In this document: in pieces, positions 19,311 to 30,160 of the stretch | Numbering within the stretch: the first letter of the stretch is position 1 | How the letters are laid out: the number at the start of each line of letters is the position of its first letter | IMG/VR virus record: IMGVR_UViG_3300037010_002844 | Location: 124,001-188,000 of that record | DNA: 64,000 nt | Reading direction: 5' to 3' (one strand) | Program-made: the position numbers and the translations under genes | Notes under the pieces: generated by a model | Told to the model about the DNA's origin: nothing | Database searches by the model: none | Seen by the model: the letters and a program-made list of their open reading frames with translations, nothing else

Positions 19311-20606
19311 TCAGTCGTCAATGACCACGATCGCAAGGCCGCCGAGATCACTCGAGGGCGAATAGACAGTCTCACCGACTGACGGTGTCGTAGACAAAAT
19401 TCTCACGTACCGCGTCGCGGGACGGCCGTTCTGATCAATGACCGTGACCTTCTTGTAACGATTCGTCGGGCGCGAGCGCGGAAGTCCTGACAAGGCGGGA
19501 TCGTTCGGGTCGATCTCAGATGATTGTCTGTACAACCGACCACGTCCATCGCGGCGTTGGTCGCGGTTCCTGACTTCCCCGTCTGCCAGTGGCAGTGTCG
19601 GATCATCAGCACCCAAGAACGGATCATCAACTCCAGCCACGCCAGACTCTTCAGACACTGTAATGCCGGTCTCGAACTTGATGTCAGGCGCCGAGATATA
19701 GCGCTTGACAGGAATCGGCACGCCAGGTGCTGAACTTGCGAGGATGTACGCCGGCACCTTGACGTTGAACTTGTACTTGATGAGACGCTCGCCTTGCGAC
19801 ATGTCTTCGAAGTTCGTCTCAGCATTGTAAAGGTCATCCGCGACTGTCGCCACGAACCAGTAACCCTTGGGCGTATCGAGTCGCCAACCCTGGGTCTGTG
19901 GTAGGAAGGACGATAGCAACGTCTCAATGATCTGGTTCATATGATGAGTGTACTGGGTCCAGACGATGACCTCGTAGTTGAGGGTCACAAACTGTGGGCT
20001 CGGAATGACAAGCGTTTCATAGACATTGTTCGTTCGATCAGCCGCCAAAAACCCGCCATCATTCACTGTCGCATCGTCTGCCAGCTCGCCTATCTCCCTT
20101 AGGGTCGTCAACTGGCCTAGGTCGGCATCGTTGGGTCCAACTGCGAGCCCCTGCTGGTGCTTCAGAAAAATCCTGTTGATCAAGTTTTGGTAGCCACGGT
20201 CCGATTTATCGAGTTTTCTACGAATCGTGATCTCACCGGTGCGCTGGTTGATGCCACGACCCGTAATGTCATCAGCGCTACTCTGACCGATCGAGGGACG
20301 ACCCACGGTGATCAAAGGCAAGACAAGCGAATTGGTCTTATCGCGGATCGGTCGATTGCGCTTCAACATGGCCCACTTTTCGCCGCCAGCAAAGATGACG
20401 GGGACTTTTCTCATATCCGTCCCATCTTCACCGCCAGCCACGAGTGGAATCTCCTTGTCGAACAAGTTGAAGAACGCCACGTCGACGTCCTCCAGCCCCA
20501 CCGCAGGGATGACGAGGTCAGAGACGGGCCCGCCCTGCGGATAACCCGTGGGCAAAGGTGCGATTCCGTAGTTCTCGCGGGGCTTAGCATTGAAGCGATT
20601 GGGCAT
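19311..20606 (-). CDS. Tail terminator/sheath stabiliser (gp15-like)
   Basis: VPVIFAGGEKW..LPLITVGR..PQFVTLNYEVIVWTQYTHHMNQIIE; sits between neck and sheath genes. Confidence 0.7.
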   Translation of the reverse strand: MPNRFNAKPRENYGIAPLPTGYPQGGPVSDLVIPAVGLEDVDVAFFNLFDKEIPLVAGGEDGTDMRKVPVIFAGGEKWAMLKRNRPIRDKTNSLVLPLITVGRPSIGQSSADDITGRGINQRTGEITIRRKLDKSDRGYQNLINRIFLKHQQGLAVGPNDADLGQLTTLREIGELADDATVNDGGFLAADRTNNVYETLVIPSPQFVTLNYEVIVWTQYTHHMNQIIETLLSSFLPQTQGWRLDTPKGYWFVATVADDLYNAETNFEDMSQGERLIKYKFNVKVPAYILASSAPGVPIPVKRYISAPDIKFETGITVSEESGVAGVDDPFLGADDPTLPLADGEVRNRDQRRDGRGRLYRQSSEIDPNDPALSGLPRSRPTNRYKKVTVIDQNGRPATRYVRILSTTPSVGETVYSPSSDLGGLAIVVIDD

Positions 20607-21277
20607 CAGTCATCCTCACCATAGAATGCAGAACCCACCTTGTCAGGATCGCCTTTGGGTGACACCTCACGGGGGCCTGACAGCGGCTTTTCTAGGACTC
20701 CGTTGTCCTGCAATGCACGTCGATCAGCCGTCGGTCCCTCTTTGTTTTCAGACTGCCCGCGCTGTTGCACGAAGGTCGTCTGCACTGCATCAGGCTCAGG
20801 CCTCGAAATGTCCGTCGGTCCCAAGGTCAACGCCTTAAACAAGCTCTCACGGGCCTTAGTTCCCGTCAACTTGACGCCGTCCTTGTGTTCGGGCAGGCCA
20901 TAGATGTTACGCATGAAGACGCGGTCTGAAATCTCATAGAAGATGTCCGAGAATGAAAAGTAATCACCCAGGGAGACGTTGATCCCCTTTTCAACCAGAT
21001 CACGGTGCTGGACGTAGACCTCGATCTTGTACTGCGGATCGACGCCAAACTGATCGATCTTGGTGTCTGTCTGAAAGTTGTTGTCCACCAACGCATCGAT
21101 GGCGATTGGATTGTCGACCACCTTCTTGATGGCCTCATTGTAGACCGCATGCGTCTTAGTCTTGAGCTCAGAGACCGGGTAGTAGAAGATCTTCTGACCG
21201 ACAACATCCTTGATGAACTCCTTGGTGATGTCGGAGATGAAGTTCAGCTCTCGAGGCGTGATGTACAACCTACTCAT
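20606..21277 (-). CDS. Neck/head closure protein (gp14-like)
   Basis: GQKIFYYPV..VYNEA..QFGVD..GDYF; gene order. Confidence 0.7.
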   Translation of the reverse strand: MSRLYITPRELNFISDITKEFIKDVVGQKIFYYPVSELKTKTHAVYNEAIKKVVDNPIAIDALVDNNFQTDTKIDQFGVDPQYKIEVYVQHRDLVEKGINVSLGDYFSFSDIFYEISDRVFMRNIYGLPEHKDGVKLTGTKARESLFKALTLGPTDISRPEPDAVQTTFVQQRGQSENKEGPTADRRALQDNGVLEKPLSGPREVSPKGDPDKVGSAFYGEDD

Positions 21278-21280
21278 GGT

Positions 21281-22465
21281 TCACCCGATCACGATGCTCT
21301 TGCCGAGCGGCATTGGGATGTACTTCAACATCTTCTGCATGTTCTCTGCAACGTTAGCCTGCTGTTCCATCAGCTTAGCGTTCGTCAGGTTGTCCAAGAA
21401 CTCCTTGAGCTGAGTCTGAAGCTTGTCGCGGTCTTCCCGCGCCTGAGTGATCAGCGACTCGCCGTTCAACTGCAGGTCTGCGTTTGGGATCGGAATCCCC
21501 TGAAACTTTGACCTGTTGAGGCCCAAGATCTCACGGGCCAAGGCCAGAGTGTATTGCCTGATCCACTGGCGACCCGGCTGCGTGATGCTGCTAAATGGAA
21601 TGTTACCAAGAGGCACGTTCTGCGGACCCGAAACACCATAGATCGACTGATCTTGACCTTGAAGAGCAGACGGGTTCAACGGATCGAGCATGCCAGCCTG
21701 AACTTTCAGGTACATGCGGCCAGTGTCAAGGTCCGTCGTCGGCGTGGGATAAATCCTGACGTTGCTGCCCAAGATCTCATAACTGTAATTTGATCGACGA
21801 ACGCGGGAGGCCATATTCAACATGCCCCTCCTCAACACGTCCTCGAACACTGGCAGCACGTAGAAGATCGTCGAGTTAACGTAGCTCTCGTAGTTGAACT
21901 CAGTGGCCAAGAAGTTGGTAATGTTGCTAGCGTTCATCAAGAACTGCTGAGCAGCATATGGCTCGAAGTGAAAGACATCGATCACGCGGATCGGGCTCTT
22001 GGTCGTCATGTTCTGGTAAATGACTGAACCCGAGACTGCGTCCTTCAGCTCTGTGTAGATGTTGTAGTCCTGACGGCCGGGCTGCAGGTCGAAGTAACCC
22101 AGAGTCGCGTCATAGTTGCCTCCCATGCCCGCGTACGTCGAGTATGGCGAGGCCTGACGCATCAGGAACTCCAACGTCTGAAATGGGTACTTGTTCGTCA
22201 GATCGCTGGCGGATCCCGTGGGCATGCCCAAAACGTTGGCCAGTTCAGATTGGATCTTCATCTCGTGAATCTTTCGAGCGTACTCACAGCACGCTTCCTC
22301 GAAACACGCCCAGATCTCTTTGGATGTCAGCTCGACAGACAGGACATCGTCGCCCAGCTTACGCTTGACGAAGGTGACCATCGAGTCGGCTTCCTGCTGA
22401 AACTGCAGGTCGGAATCGAAGAACCCGAACGGCGTCGGGCGCAGGGTTTGCACAAAGCTCGGCAT
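21281..22465 (-). CDS. Neck/head-tail adaptor (gp13-like)
   Basis: RKLGDDVLSVELT..WIRQYTLALAREILGLNRSKF..LNGESL. Confidence 0.85.
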   Translation of the reverse strand: MPSFVQTLRPTPFGFFDSDLQFQQEADSMVTFVKRKLGDDVLSVELTSKEIWACFEEACCEYARKIHEMKIQSELANVLGMPTGSASDLTNKYPFQTLEFLMRQASPYSTYAGMGGNYDATLGYFDLQPGRQDYNIYTELKDAVSGSVIYQNMTTKSPIRVIDVFHFEPYAAQQFLMNASNITNFLATEFNYESYVNSTIFYVLPVFEDVLRRGMLNMASRVRRSNYSYEILGSNVRIYPTPTTDLDTGRMYLKVQAGMLDPLNPSALQGQDQSIYGVSGPQNVPLGNIPFSSITQPGRQWIRQYTLALAREILGLNRSKFQGIPIPNADLQLNGESLITQAREDRDKLQTQLKEFLDNLTNAKLMEQQANVAENMQKMLKYIPMPLGKSIVIG

Positions 22466-22507
22466 GTGACCTTCCGATCGTAAGTATGGAAGGCTTCAAC
22501 CGAGGAA

Positions 22508-23215
22508 TCAACGACGCTTGTCGCGGATGAAGCTACGTGCTAGTTCCCTGATCAGGCTCTCCTCGTCCTGCTGCTTGACAGGATGCTTCTTGGCGACCAC
22601 GACAGGTTGCTCGTCACGCTGTTTCTGCTCATATCGCTCGCGGAGCGTCATGCTAGCAGCATCTCTGGCAACCGGCATGTTCTCATTGACGTCAGGCGTC
22701 TTGGGCTTCGGATCAGGCGGTGGCCTCCGTGGGGGCGGTGCAATCACCGGTGCGACAGGTGGTGCCTTTACCGCAGACTTAGACTTAGACGCCTCTTCTA
22801 CGACGATCGGCTGAGGAGACGTCTTGGGCTTGTTGACGACGATCGGCGCCGCCGAGACCTTGATCTCGGGCTTAGCGTGCCGCGAAACGACATTGATCGA
22901 CTCAGCAACGACCTTGATGGCCTTCTTGAAGTTGATCTGAAAATGAACGGGCGCGAAGTAGCGATTCTCAATCAACACTTCGACTCGCGCCTGGTAGAGC
23001 CCTTCAGCCAACTTGTCCTTCATCTGCGGCAACACGAACTGGACGACACCGTCCTCGCCCGTGCCGTGCCCATTGAACATGTAGGCCATCTCACCGCCCT
23101 CGCAGACGAGCCTGACTTTGGCCGGAGCGGGTGCTGCGCCCTCCACCTTGATCTTGAAGGCAAGCTCATTGCTCTCCTCCATGTCGAGATCGACTGTTTC
23201 AACGAGGGGTTCCAT
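22508..23215 (-). CDS. Hypothetical protein, beta-rich N-domain and Pro-rich tail
   Basis: ORF track; start moved to ATG 23215, which follows a TACTTA motif. Confidence 0.7.
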   Translation of the reverse strand: MEPLVETVDLDMEESNELAFKIKVEGAAPAPAKVRLVCEGGEMAYMFNGHGTGEDGVVQFVLPQMKDKLAEGLYQARVEVLIENRYFAPVHFQINFKKAIKVVAESINVVSRHAKPEIKVSAAPIVVNKPKTSPQPIVVEEASKSKSAVKAPPVAPVIAPPPRRPPPDPKPKTPDVNENMPVARDAASMTLRERYEQKQRDEQPVVVAKKHPVKQQDEESLIRELARSFIRDKRR

Positions 23216-23239
23216 CGTCTCGTAAGTATCCCCCACGGG

Positions 23240-23593
23240 TCACTTCAGGCGCTTGATAGAGATCCGAATGTCTTCCCAGGCTTTTCGAACTCGCGTTGAA
23301 ACGTGTTCAATCAGAGAGACAGCATAGCTCGAGGCGCGATTGACTCGCACTCTGACGAAGCCCTCGACCTTGGCAGGCGGCGGCTCGTCGTTCAACCTAA
23401 TCATCTTTGCCCAGACGATAACCTCATCCAACTCGCGGAGCGCTCGCTTCGCACCCGACTGTCCAATTCTGACAATGCGTCGCAGGACTTCATGCAGAGG
23501 ACCGCCGTAGCCCTGAGTAACGAGACCGGCGCGGCCCGCAAGGCCACGCGAAGATCCCATTCCTCGCGTGACGATGCGGTTGATCGGCCTCAT
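23240..23593 (-). CDS. Hypothetical protein
   Basis: ATGA overlap with the upstream gene. Confidence 0.7.
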   Translation of the reverse strand: MRPINRIVTRGMGSSRGLAGRAGLVTQGYGGPLHEVLRRIVRIGQSGAKRALRELDEVIVWAKMIRLNDEPPPAKVEGFVRVRVNRASSYAVSLIEHVSTRVRKAWEDIRISIKRLK

Positions 23594-24072
23594 GGCACCC
23601 GAACACGATCGAACACTGCGTCCATCGACGGATTGCCAGTATCATCGTAGAGGTCAAACCTCGCAACCTCGGTAGCGTTATCTTCCTTGTAGAAGATCAT
23701 CTGATTGTTGGTGATACGCCAGCGACCGTATTGAATGTCGTACAACTGCTGAATCTGCGCGGCCAGCGGCAGCACGGCTCGCAGGGTGTCGTCCACCTTC
23801 GGGTTGTTTTCTTCAACGTTGTACTGCTCAGTGGCGTACGATGCTGTCAAGAACGCGGTGCCGGTATCCCACAGAAGTTGACCACGAAAGTTGTCGGGAA
23901 AGGTGATGTAGGCAGCGTAAATCCCGGGCGCCGTCTGGTAGACGCCTGTCGTTGTCCGTGGCATGACCGCAGAACCAGAGATGTCCAACAGGGTGTAACC
24001 CACGCCCGAAGAACCCGTGGCGTCGGCCTTCAATCGTCCGAAGTTAGCATTTCGTAGCTGCTGCAGCGGCAT
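23590..24072 (-). CDS. Hypothetical, probably virion protein
   Basis: GAGG RBS; coupled to the next gene. Confidence 0.7.
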   Translation of the reverse strand: MPLQQLRNANFGRLKADATGSSGVGYTLLDISGSAVMPRTTTGVYQTAPGIYAAYITFPDNFRGQLLWDTGTAFLTASYATEQYNVEENNPKVDDTLRAVLPLAAQIQQLYDIQYGRWRITNNQMIFYKEDNATEVARFDLYDDTGNPSMDAVFDRVRVP

Positions 24073-24078
24073 GTCACC

Positions 24079-24966
24079 TCAATGGTACATCACCGCTCGA
24101 TCAGCAAAGGCATAGCCCTTGTCGATCAAGCCTGACACAATTTCGGGTGAAAACGTCAGTGAATCTTGGACCAACGGCGCGTCAGGCATCACGACCCTCA
24201 CCGTCACCTTGCGGTACTGTGGATCGATGACCGAGAGATCGTTCTTTAGGCCACACATCTCAATGTCATTCTTAATGATCTGGTCAGACATGAGGTCGAC
24301 GGCGCGAGTCACTGCGTCAGGAACCGCGCGCTTCGATGTTGAATCCCATCGAGTCATCTCCTCGATGTTGGTACACATGATGACGTCAATCTCAGTTGCT
24401 CCGAGCCTAATTGCCTCGCCCAAAGGAGTCACGTTCTTGATGCCGCCGTCTGACCACAACTGGCCTTCGATCTCAATGGGCTGCAAGAAAACTGGAAAAG
24501 ATGCCGAGGCTAGAACCCACTTCGTAAAATTGGGATCACTCTCGCGGGTAAACCTGTGTTCTCCAGTGTCCAACGAGACAGCTCCGACCGCCAGCATGCG
24601 ACCGTTGGAGGCAACCTTCTCGAGATGTAGATTATCGCTGACAAGCTTGATCAGAGGAGACGAATCATAAACTGACTTCTCCCACAGTGAGTGCAAGCGT
24701 CCAAACGGGAACCAGCGCTTGTAGATGTTCTTCTGATTGACCTGCGTCCGCCAGAAGTTTTCCAACCAGGCAACCGCCTCCTTCGGCGAACCCTTGGGCG
24801 TCATGCCGATGCCAGCAGTGTTCAAGGCGCCGACTGAAACACCACAGATGATGTCATAATCGATGCCTTGTTCGCCCATCCACTTCTTCAGGACGCCCAC
24901 CTGAAAGGCACCCTTGACGCCTCCACCACTCAGAACAAGTGCTCGCATGGTGCCCAACTCCTTCAT
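24079..24966 (-). CDS. Patatin-like phospholipase
   Basis: LSGGGVKG oxyanion loop, GVSVG nucleophile elbow, ASASFP, DGG catalytic Asp. Confidence 0.93.
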   Translation of the reverse strand: MKELGTMRALVLSGGGVKGAFQVGVLKKWMGEQGIDYDIICGVSVGALNTAGIGMTPKGSPKEAVAWLENFWRTQVNQKNIYKRWFPFGRLHSLWEKSVYDSSPLIKLVSDNLHLEKVASNGRMLAVGAVSLDTGEHRFTRESDPNFTKWVLASASFPVFLQPIEIEGQLWSDGGIKNVTPLGEAIRLGATEIDVIMCTNIEEMTRWDSTSKRAVPDAVTRAVDLMSDQIIKNDIEMCGLKNDLSVIDPQYRKVTVRVVMPDAPLVQDSLTFSPEIVSGLIDKGYAFADRAVMYH

Positions 24967-24978
24967 GGCTAAGTATCT

Positions 24979-26298
24979 TCAGGCATCAGACTTAGTGACG
25001 CTGTAAAGGGCAATGGTGACCGTGCTACCAACGAATGGTCGATCATGACGTAGTTTGATCCTGATCTCGGCGCCGGCTGACGAGAGCAAATCGCGAGTCG
25101 TCTCATAATTGAATGGAAGTCCTTGAACTGGCGCCTGAGTGCCCCTCGACTTCTGGCGAAATTCCTCAAGAGACAACGTGAGGTCTGCGGAATTGGCGCC
25201 CAAAGCAGTGACCGGTGGATAAGCGCCTTGGGCTTCAGCAACGATCTGACCCATGCGCTTGTAGACTATCTGATCAATCATGATCTTCGTGCCAGAAGGA
25301 ACGAATCCACCAGCGACCAACTGAGGCGCCACCACATCAACCAATGCATAGATGTTGTACTCGACGGTGTCAGTCATGACGCTGTCGGTAGACACGTCGA
25401 CCTCGGCCTTGATGATTCGCAGCAAATTGCCAGGATCTGGTTGAACGTAGAACGTTGATCCATTCTGATAGGAGTAACTGACGACTGGTGGGCTTACGGG
25501 AGGCGAAAAGAACCTGACGCTGCCCGAGGCATACAACACCTCGTAATCTCCTCCTGACGTCTCGAGAGGTTCACGCATTGTCTTGAGCGAACCACTGACC
25601 TTAACGACCACACCGTAGCCGTGTGGATCGCCAGGATTTGCAGCCTGTTGCTTAGCAATCCACTTGTCCTCGTTGTGCATCCGCCCGGATGTCATGTCAA
25701 TCCAGAACGGGTGAGCCGAATTGAACGTCAATCCATCGCCGGAATCGACCAACGTCTCGTCATTGACTCGAACGGAATCGCCGAACCAGGTGCAGGGGTC
25801 GCACAGATTGTGTGACACAACGACAAGTTCAGATCCGACGGTCGGCGCCAAGGCGACCATGGGAGTGCCGTCGGTCTGCATCTGCGCAATGGTCATCAAA
25901 GGTGATCCAGAGGCAGTCTTGGGAGGCACCTGGGCAGCGATCCACGCGGGACTGACAGAAGACGTGATCCAACTCGACCCGTCGTACTGCATGCCGACGA
26001 ATGGAGACGTAGGTACAGCTTCGACCTCGAGCTGTGCTTCGGAAAACATCGATTGGAGCGTGCTTTGGACGTCCTCCGTCGAGGTTCCGGCCGGGAACAG
26101 ACCTGAGGTGAAAGGCTTCTCGATGACGAGCCCGCGGCGCAGAAGCAGATCCTCATCGCCCGTGATCCCGTGGACTGCGCTCTCAAACTTGGGCAGCGGG
26201 ACGATGTTGCTCGTGGGCGCTGTCAACCAAAAGACGCCGGCGACAGAGAATGAACCACCGTTCTGACTGTTGACGTTGAGGACTGTGATCTGTGCCAT
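24979..26298 (-). CDS. Putative virion structural/appendage protein
   Basis: Beta-rich 439-aa ORF in the fibre cluster. Confidence 0.55.
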   Translation of the reverse strand: MAQITVLNVNSQNGGSFSVAGVFWLTAPTSNIVPLPKFESAVHGITGDEDLLLRRGLVIEKPFTSGLFPAGTSTEDVQSTLQSMFSEAQLEVEAVPTSPFVGMQYDGSSWITSSVSPAWIAAQVPPKTASGSPLMTIAQMQTDGTPMVALAPTVGSELVVVSHNLCDPCTWFGDSVRVNDETLVDSGDGLTFNSAHPFWIDMTSGRMHNEDKWIAKQQAANPGDPHGYGVVVKVSGSLKTMREPLETSGGDYEVLYASGSVRFFSPPVSPPVVSYSYQNGSTFYVQPDPGNLLRIIKAEVDVSTDSVMTDTVEYNIYALVDVVAPQLVAGGFVPSGTKIMIDQIVYKRMGQIVAEAQGAYPPVTALGANSADLTLSLEEFRQKSRGTQAPVQGLPFNYETTRDLLSSAGAEIRIKLRHDRPFVGSTVTIALYSVTKSDA

Positions 26299-26309
26299 GG
26301 TGATCTTAC

Positions 26310-26972
26310 CTATTTGTTGAACATCGGCAATCGACGAGCTACGTAAGCCGGGCGCGCCACTATGCTGCCAAATTGCAGGACCGGTGATCCAGTTGGCGTC
26401 CAGACGCGACCATTGCCTGATCGATCAGTGTAAATGTCGTCATCAAACGGCGACCACACGATCAATCCTTCGGTGTTGACTGGGGCCGGTGACAAGTATT
26501 CCGCCTGGACGTTGAGGGCATTCAGTTCACGAGTCCAGATCCTCAGATCTCTGATGTTTCCATTGAAGTAATGTGTCGTGGGAAGAGACTGCAGGTTGCC
26601 GACGACGAGGCCTGTGTATGCTACGAACGTTGTCGTGTCTGCCACATCAACGACCTGCTTGCCGTTGACGTATCCTTTGATCTGTCGGCTAGTCGTCGAC
26701 GCATTTCTGATCGTCATGACGATGTGATACCACGTTGACACTGCCAGCAGCGGACCGTTGTGGTCCGCAGACGTGGTACCGAAGTCAATCGTCAGACCGT
26801 CAGTCGCCGTCTCGAGTTCAATATTGGGAGAAATGCCAACGATGACTCGATAGTTGGCCGTCACCACAGGCGGAATCCAGATCCAACAAGCAATCGTCAA
26901 ATCCTGTGTTGCAGCGCCAGTCCACGCCGCGTTGAGCCGTGACGAAGCTGTGTTCGGAATGAATACAGACAT
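26310..26972 (-). CDS. LamG/concanavalin-A-like lectin domain protein
   Basis: TIACWI..TWYHIVMT..YVNGK..FNGNIRDLRIWTRELN. Confidence 0.8.
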   Translation of the reverse strand: MSVFIPNTASSRLNAAWTGAATQDLTIACWIWIPPVVTANYRVIVGISPNIELETATDGLTIDFGTTSADHNGPLLAVSTWYHIVMTIRNASTTSRQIKGYVNGKQVVDVADTTTFVAYTGLVVGNLQSLPTTHYFNGNIRDLRIWTRELNALNVQAEYLSPAPVNTEGLIVWSPFDDDIYTDRSGNGRVWTPTGSPVLQFGSIVARPAYVARRLPMFNK

Positions 26973-28822
26973 CAGGTCAGCTGGCCGTTCACGCCCTGGT
27001 AGGTGACGCCGTAGCTACCCGTGGCGTTCAAGGCAGCGCCAGACTGATTGACGATGACAATGCCCCACTTAGCAGGCAAGCGATCGACGCCGTAGTTGCG
27101 ACAGAATGAAATGGGTCCCGCAGTGTAGGTCTTCAGGTTAGCGTTAGCAGTGAGCTGCGCCAACAAGACTAGATTAGGAGGTGTTGACAAGGTCGCCGCG
27201 CCGTCGACACCAGACAGGCCTTCAGGATAAGTGACACCATCGACAGTGCCATAGCCGTAGACGTTGACGTATCCTGTGGTAGAAACTGCTGTCGTCGCGG
27301 TGGTGAACTTGATGAATAGCAGCACGTCCTCATAGAGGCTGACAGTGTTATCGACTGCAGCGCTCTGGCGGGCTGCTGACGAGCCCAAGCTCGACAGAGT
27401 GATGGGCAGCACTACACCAGATGGGCCATACTGCGGCACATATCTGCCCGCAATGGGCTGAGGGACCATGCTGCCAGATGCAACGCCTGTCAACCTAACG
27501 AATAGAGGTTCGCCTGGAAAACTATTGGCGACCTCGATTCGATTGAGGTCATTCACCCACATCGCATTAGACGTCAAGACCGCTGAGGCACCCACAACCG
27601 CGGCGTTCTCAACCTGAAATGAGACATTCAACGGAACGTAGTTATCCGGGATCGCATTGGTGTGCTGTGCAACCGTGACACCGTTGATCGACAACGTGAC
27701 TGTAGCGCCTGTCGTGGTGATCAGGTACTGGTTTATTGCTGTTGTCAACGCAGAACCAGGTAGGGTGACCGTGGTGCTCTGCGTAACGTTGTTACCGGCA
27801 GCGGTGCGAAAGACAACCTGCGTGTTTCCCAACGTCGGATCAAAAATAACGACCGCGCGTTGACCGGATGCCGACAAAGGCACGTCAACGATCTCAACAA
27901 GACCAAACCACGGTGTCTGGTTCGGCACACGAGAAGTACATGCTACACGAGTATTGATGACCAGCGGCCCGTAGTCGACGAATCGATTAGCTGCGACAAT
28001 GGCGCCATTGCCCAAACTGTTGGACAATGTCATGTTTGAGTTGACATTGGCAATGCTACCGCCCGAAGACGACATCAACATCCATTGTGAGTAAATGCCA
28101 CCATTGCCAGTGGTGCCCGGATACGGCGAGACCAGTTCTAGTTGAGTATCGTTGCTGATTGATCTGACCAATGTCCAAGCAGAATCAGGATCAACAGTCC
28201 TCTTAATGTACTGCTGCGTGTCAAGTTGACGCGCGAACAGTGATCCGATGCCATTGACGTAAGTTGAACCCGACGTGAACGTGACAGTGCCACTAAGTGG
28301 CAACGTCAACGAGCTGATGAAGTTGTCGCGGAAGGATCCTTCATCCGTTAGTATCGGACCACGTGTCCGAAGTGATCCACCCGAGTCAACCAGAAGAGGT
28401 GCTGGAACTCTTATGTCAAGATTCTTTGGGTCTGGATAGCTACCGCCTTCAGCATCGGCCTGAGAGACGCCGGCGTCCTTTGAGAACACAACCAGGTTAA
28501 CGCCACCGAACGAAGGCGAAGATCCCGCGACTGTCCAGCTGACGAGCACCGTCGGAGTGATCGACAACAACAGTGTCACAGCCCCCGACGTGCCCGTCGC
28601 GGTGATCTCGGCAGACGCGACCACTTTATCAATGACGGTTGTCTCATTTGACGGATCGATTTCAGACAACGTGAATTGAAGGATGGGCGCAGTACCAGTC
28701 ACAGCACCGGTGATGTTGTAGACAAGGACGACCTCACCCGCCGGTCCGGCGCGGAAGACGTACGATCCATTGGAGGTGATCGTACTGTTAAGCAGTACCT
28801 GTTCAACCTTCACGGTGCTCAT
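26972..28822 (-). CDS. Putative tail fibre/appendage protein
   Basis: Ser/Thr/Gly-rich beta protein with GTVTFTSGSTYVNGIGSLF..SISNDTQLEL module common in fibres. Confidence 0.6.
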   Translation of the reverse strand: MSTVKVEQVLLNSTITSNGSYVFRAGPAGEVVLVYNITGAVTGTAPILQFTLSEIDPSNETTVIDKVVASAEITATGTSGAVTLLLSITPTVLVSWTVAGSSPSFGGVNLVVFSKDAGVSQADAEGGSYPDPKNLDIRVPAPLLVDSGGSLRTRGPILTDEGSFRDNFISSLTLPLSGTVTFTSGSTYVNGIGSLFARQLDTQQYIKRTVDPDSAWTLVRSISNDTQLELVSPYPGTTGNGGIYSQWMLMSSSGGSIANVNSNMTLSNSLGNGAIVAANRFVDYGPLVINTRVACTSRVPNQTPWFGLVEIVDVPLSASGQRAVVIFDPTLGNTQVVFRTAAGNNVTQSTTVTLPGSALTTAINQYLITTTGATVTLSINGVTVAQHTNAIPDNYVPLNVSFQVENAAVVGASAVLTSNAMWVNDLNRIEVANSFPGEPLFVRLTGVASGSMVPQPIAGRYVPQYGPSGVVLPITLSSLGSSAARQSAAVDNTVSLYEDVLLFIKFTTATTAVSTTGYVNVYGYGTVDGVTYPEGLSGVDGAATLSTPPNLVLLAQLTANANLKTYTAGPISFCRNYGVDRLPAKWGIVIVNQSGAALNATGSYGVTYQGVNGQLT

Positions 28823-30129
28823 CTGATCTCCAACCAGGTCATGTCAGCCTTGACCTGCGTCTTGCCCGCGCCCAAGTTCGAGGCCACAACTGTCAAGATG
28901 TCGTTGGCGTTTACTCCTATGCCCAAGAAACCTGCGTTGCGCATGATTCGACCGTACACTTGGAAGAACTTCTGCATGTCAATTGTCACCACGCCAAGGT
29001 CAGAATTGACGACGCCGCGGTACAAGACCTCGCCACCGGTGAATCCAGTGGCAGCAACATCGTAATCCACCAAACTGGTATTGCCCGAAGAGTTGAATGA
29101 AGCGCCCGTCAACACGGGATTAGCGATGATGCGGAAGGCAATCGGATAACCTTGTGTGCTGATTGACAACGACTTGGGTTGAATGATGCTGCGATTGGTG
29201 ATGCCGTTGTACGTTGACTTGGGCCTGATCGAGAGGACAGGGGCTTCAACCTGAGTGATCAACACCGAATTTGTGTTGCCCACGCCATAGACCCAGTGTG
29301 CAGGTTCAACAGTCTGAGCCTGTGCCGCCACACGAGCGCAGATCAGATCGAGATAACCAGCAGACGACGACACAAGATTCGTCACCTTGGCCTGCACTGG
29401 CAACTTAGCCGTACGCATGTATGGCAGCGTCAGGGTGTTGGCGTGCTTCGACTCGTGGACCAAGATGTCATCAATGAAATAACGTGTGGTGCCGACGCCG
29501 AACCACTGCACCTCGATCTCGTATAGGTTGCCCTTCGAGACATTGAGGTTAAGACCACTGGCGCCAAAGCCATTGACCGGGTCCTTGCTGAAGGCACTCT
29601 GCGAGATGACGGTCTCGACGACTACACCCGTCGCGTCAGACCTCTCGACGATGTTGAAGGACGTACCATTGAGACGAAAGAACAATCCGTTGTTGTCATC
29701 TACGTAGCCCCAGTCCCTGAGCTGGCCTGCCTGGCCGGTGTCAGAATTGATAACTGACATTCCGATCAGCTGAGTGTAACCTGCCTGGTACTTGTAGTAC
29801 GTGTTGGTCCTCAACGTTGCAGATGAACCAGAGGTGCCGACGACAGCTACACGAAGTGCTGACTCTGCGGGAACGTGAGTCACAGAACCCGCAGACGCCG
29901 TCAGCACGTCCCAGAGGCGAGTGTCGAGCTCATACTTGTTGGTGAGGTCCGCAAGCAGGTATAGGCCTGCAACGCGGAGCTCATCTGCAACAGTGGCGCG
30001 GATGTTGCTGCCGAATGAGTCGGCCAGCGTAGACTTGAACGAACCCGTGACCTGCGCCGAGACGGGGTTCGTCGAGGTGCCGATTGGGTTGCCGTTGATG
30101 TCTGTCTGTACCGGGCTCTGTAGCGGCAT
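28819..30129 (-). CDS. Putative virion structural protein (lectin-like fold)
   Basis: YKYQAG..WGYVDDNNGLFF..EVQWFGVG..PYMRTAKLPV..LSIRPK. Confidence 0.6.
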   Translation of the reverse strand: MPLQSPVQTDINGNPIGTSTNPVSAQVTGSFKSTLADSFGSNIRATVADELRVAGLYLLADLTNKYELDTRLWDVLTASAGSVTHVPAESALRVAVVGTSGSSATLRTNTYYKYQAGYTQLIGMSVINSDTGQAGQLRDWGYVDDNNGLFFRLNGTSFNIVERSDATGVVVETVISQSAFSKDPVNGFGASGLNLNVSKGNLYEIEVQWFGVGTTRYFIDDILVHESKHANTLTLPYMRTAKLPVQAKVTNLVSSSAGYLDLICARVAAQAQTVEPAHWVYGVGNTNSVLITQVEAPVLSIRPKSTYNGITNRSIIQPKSLSISTQGYPIAFRIIANPVLTGASFNSSGNTSLVDYDVAATGFTGGEVLYRGVVNSDLGVVTIDMQKFFQVYGRIMRNAGFLGIGVNANDILTVVASNLGAGKTQVKADMTWLEIR

Positions 30130-30160
30130 CGTTCACTTTCTGAGCAATGTCAACTCATCA

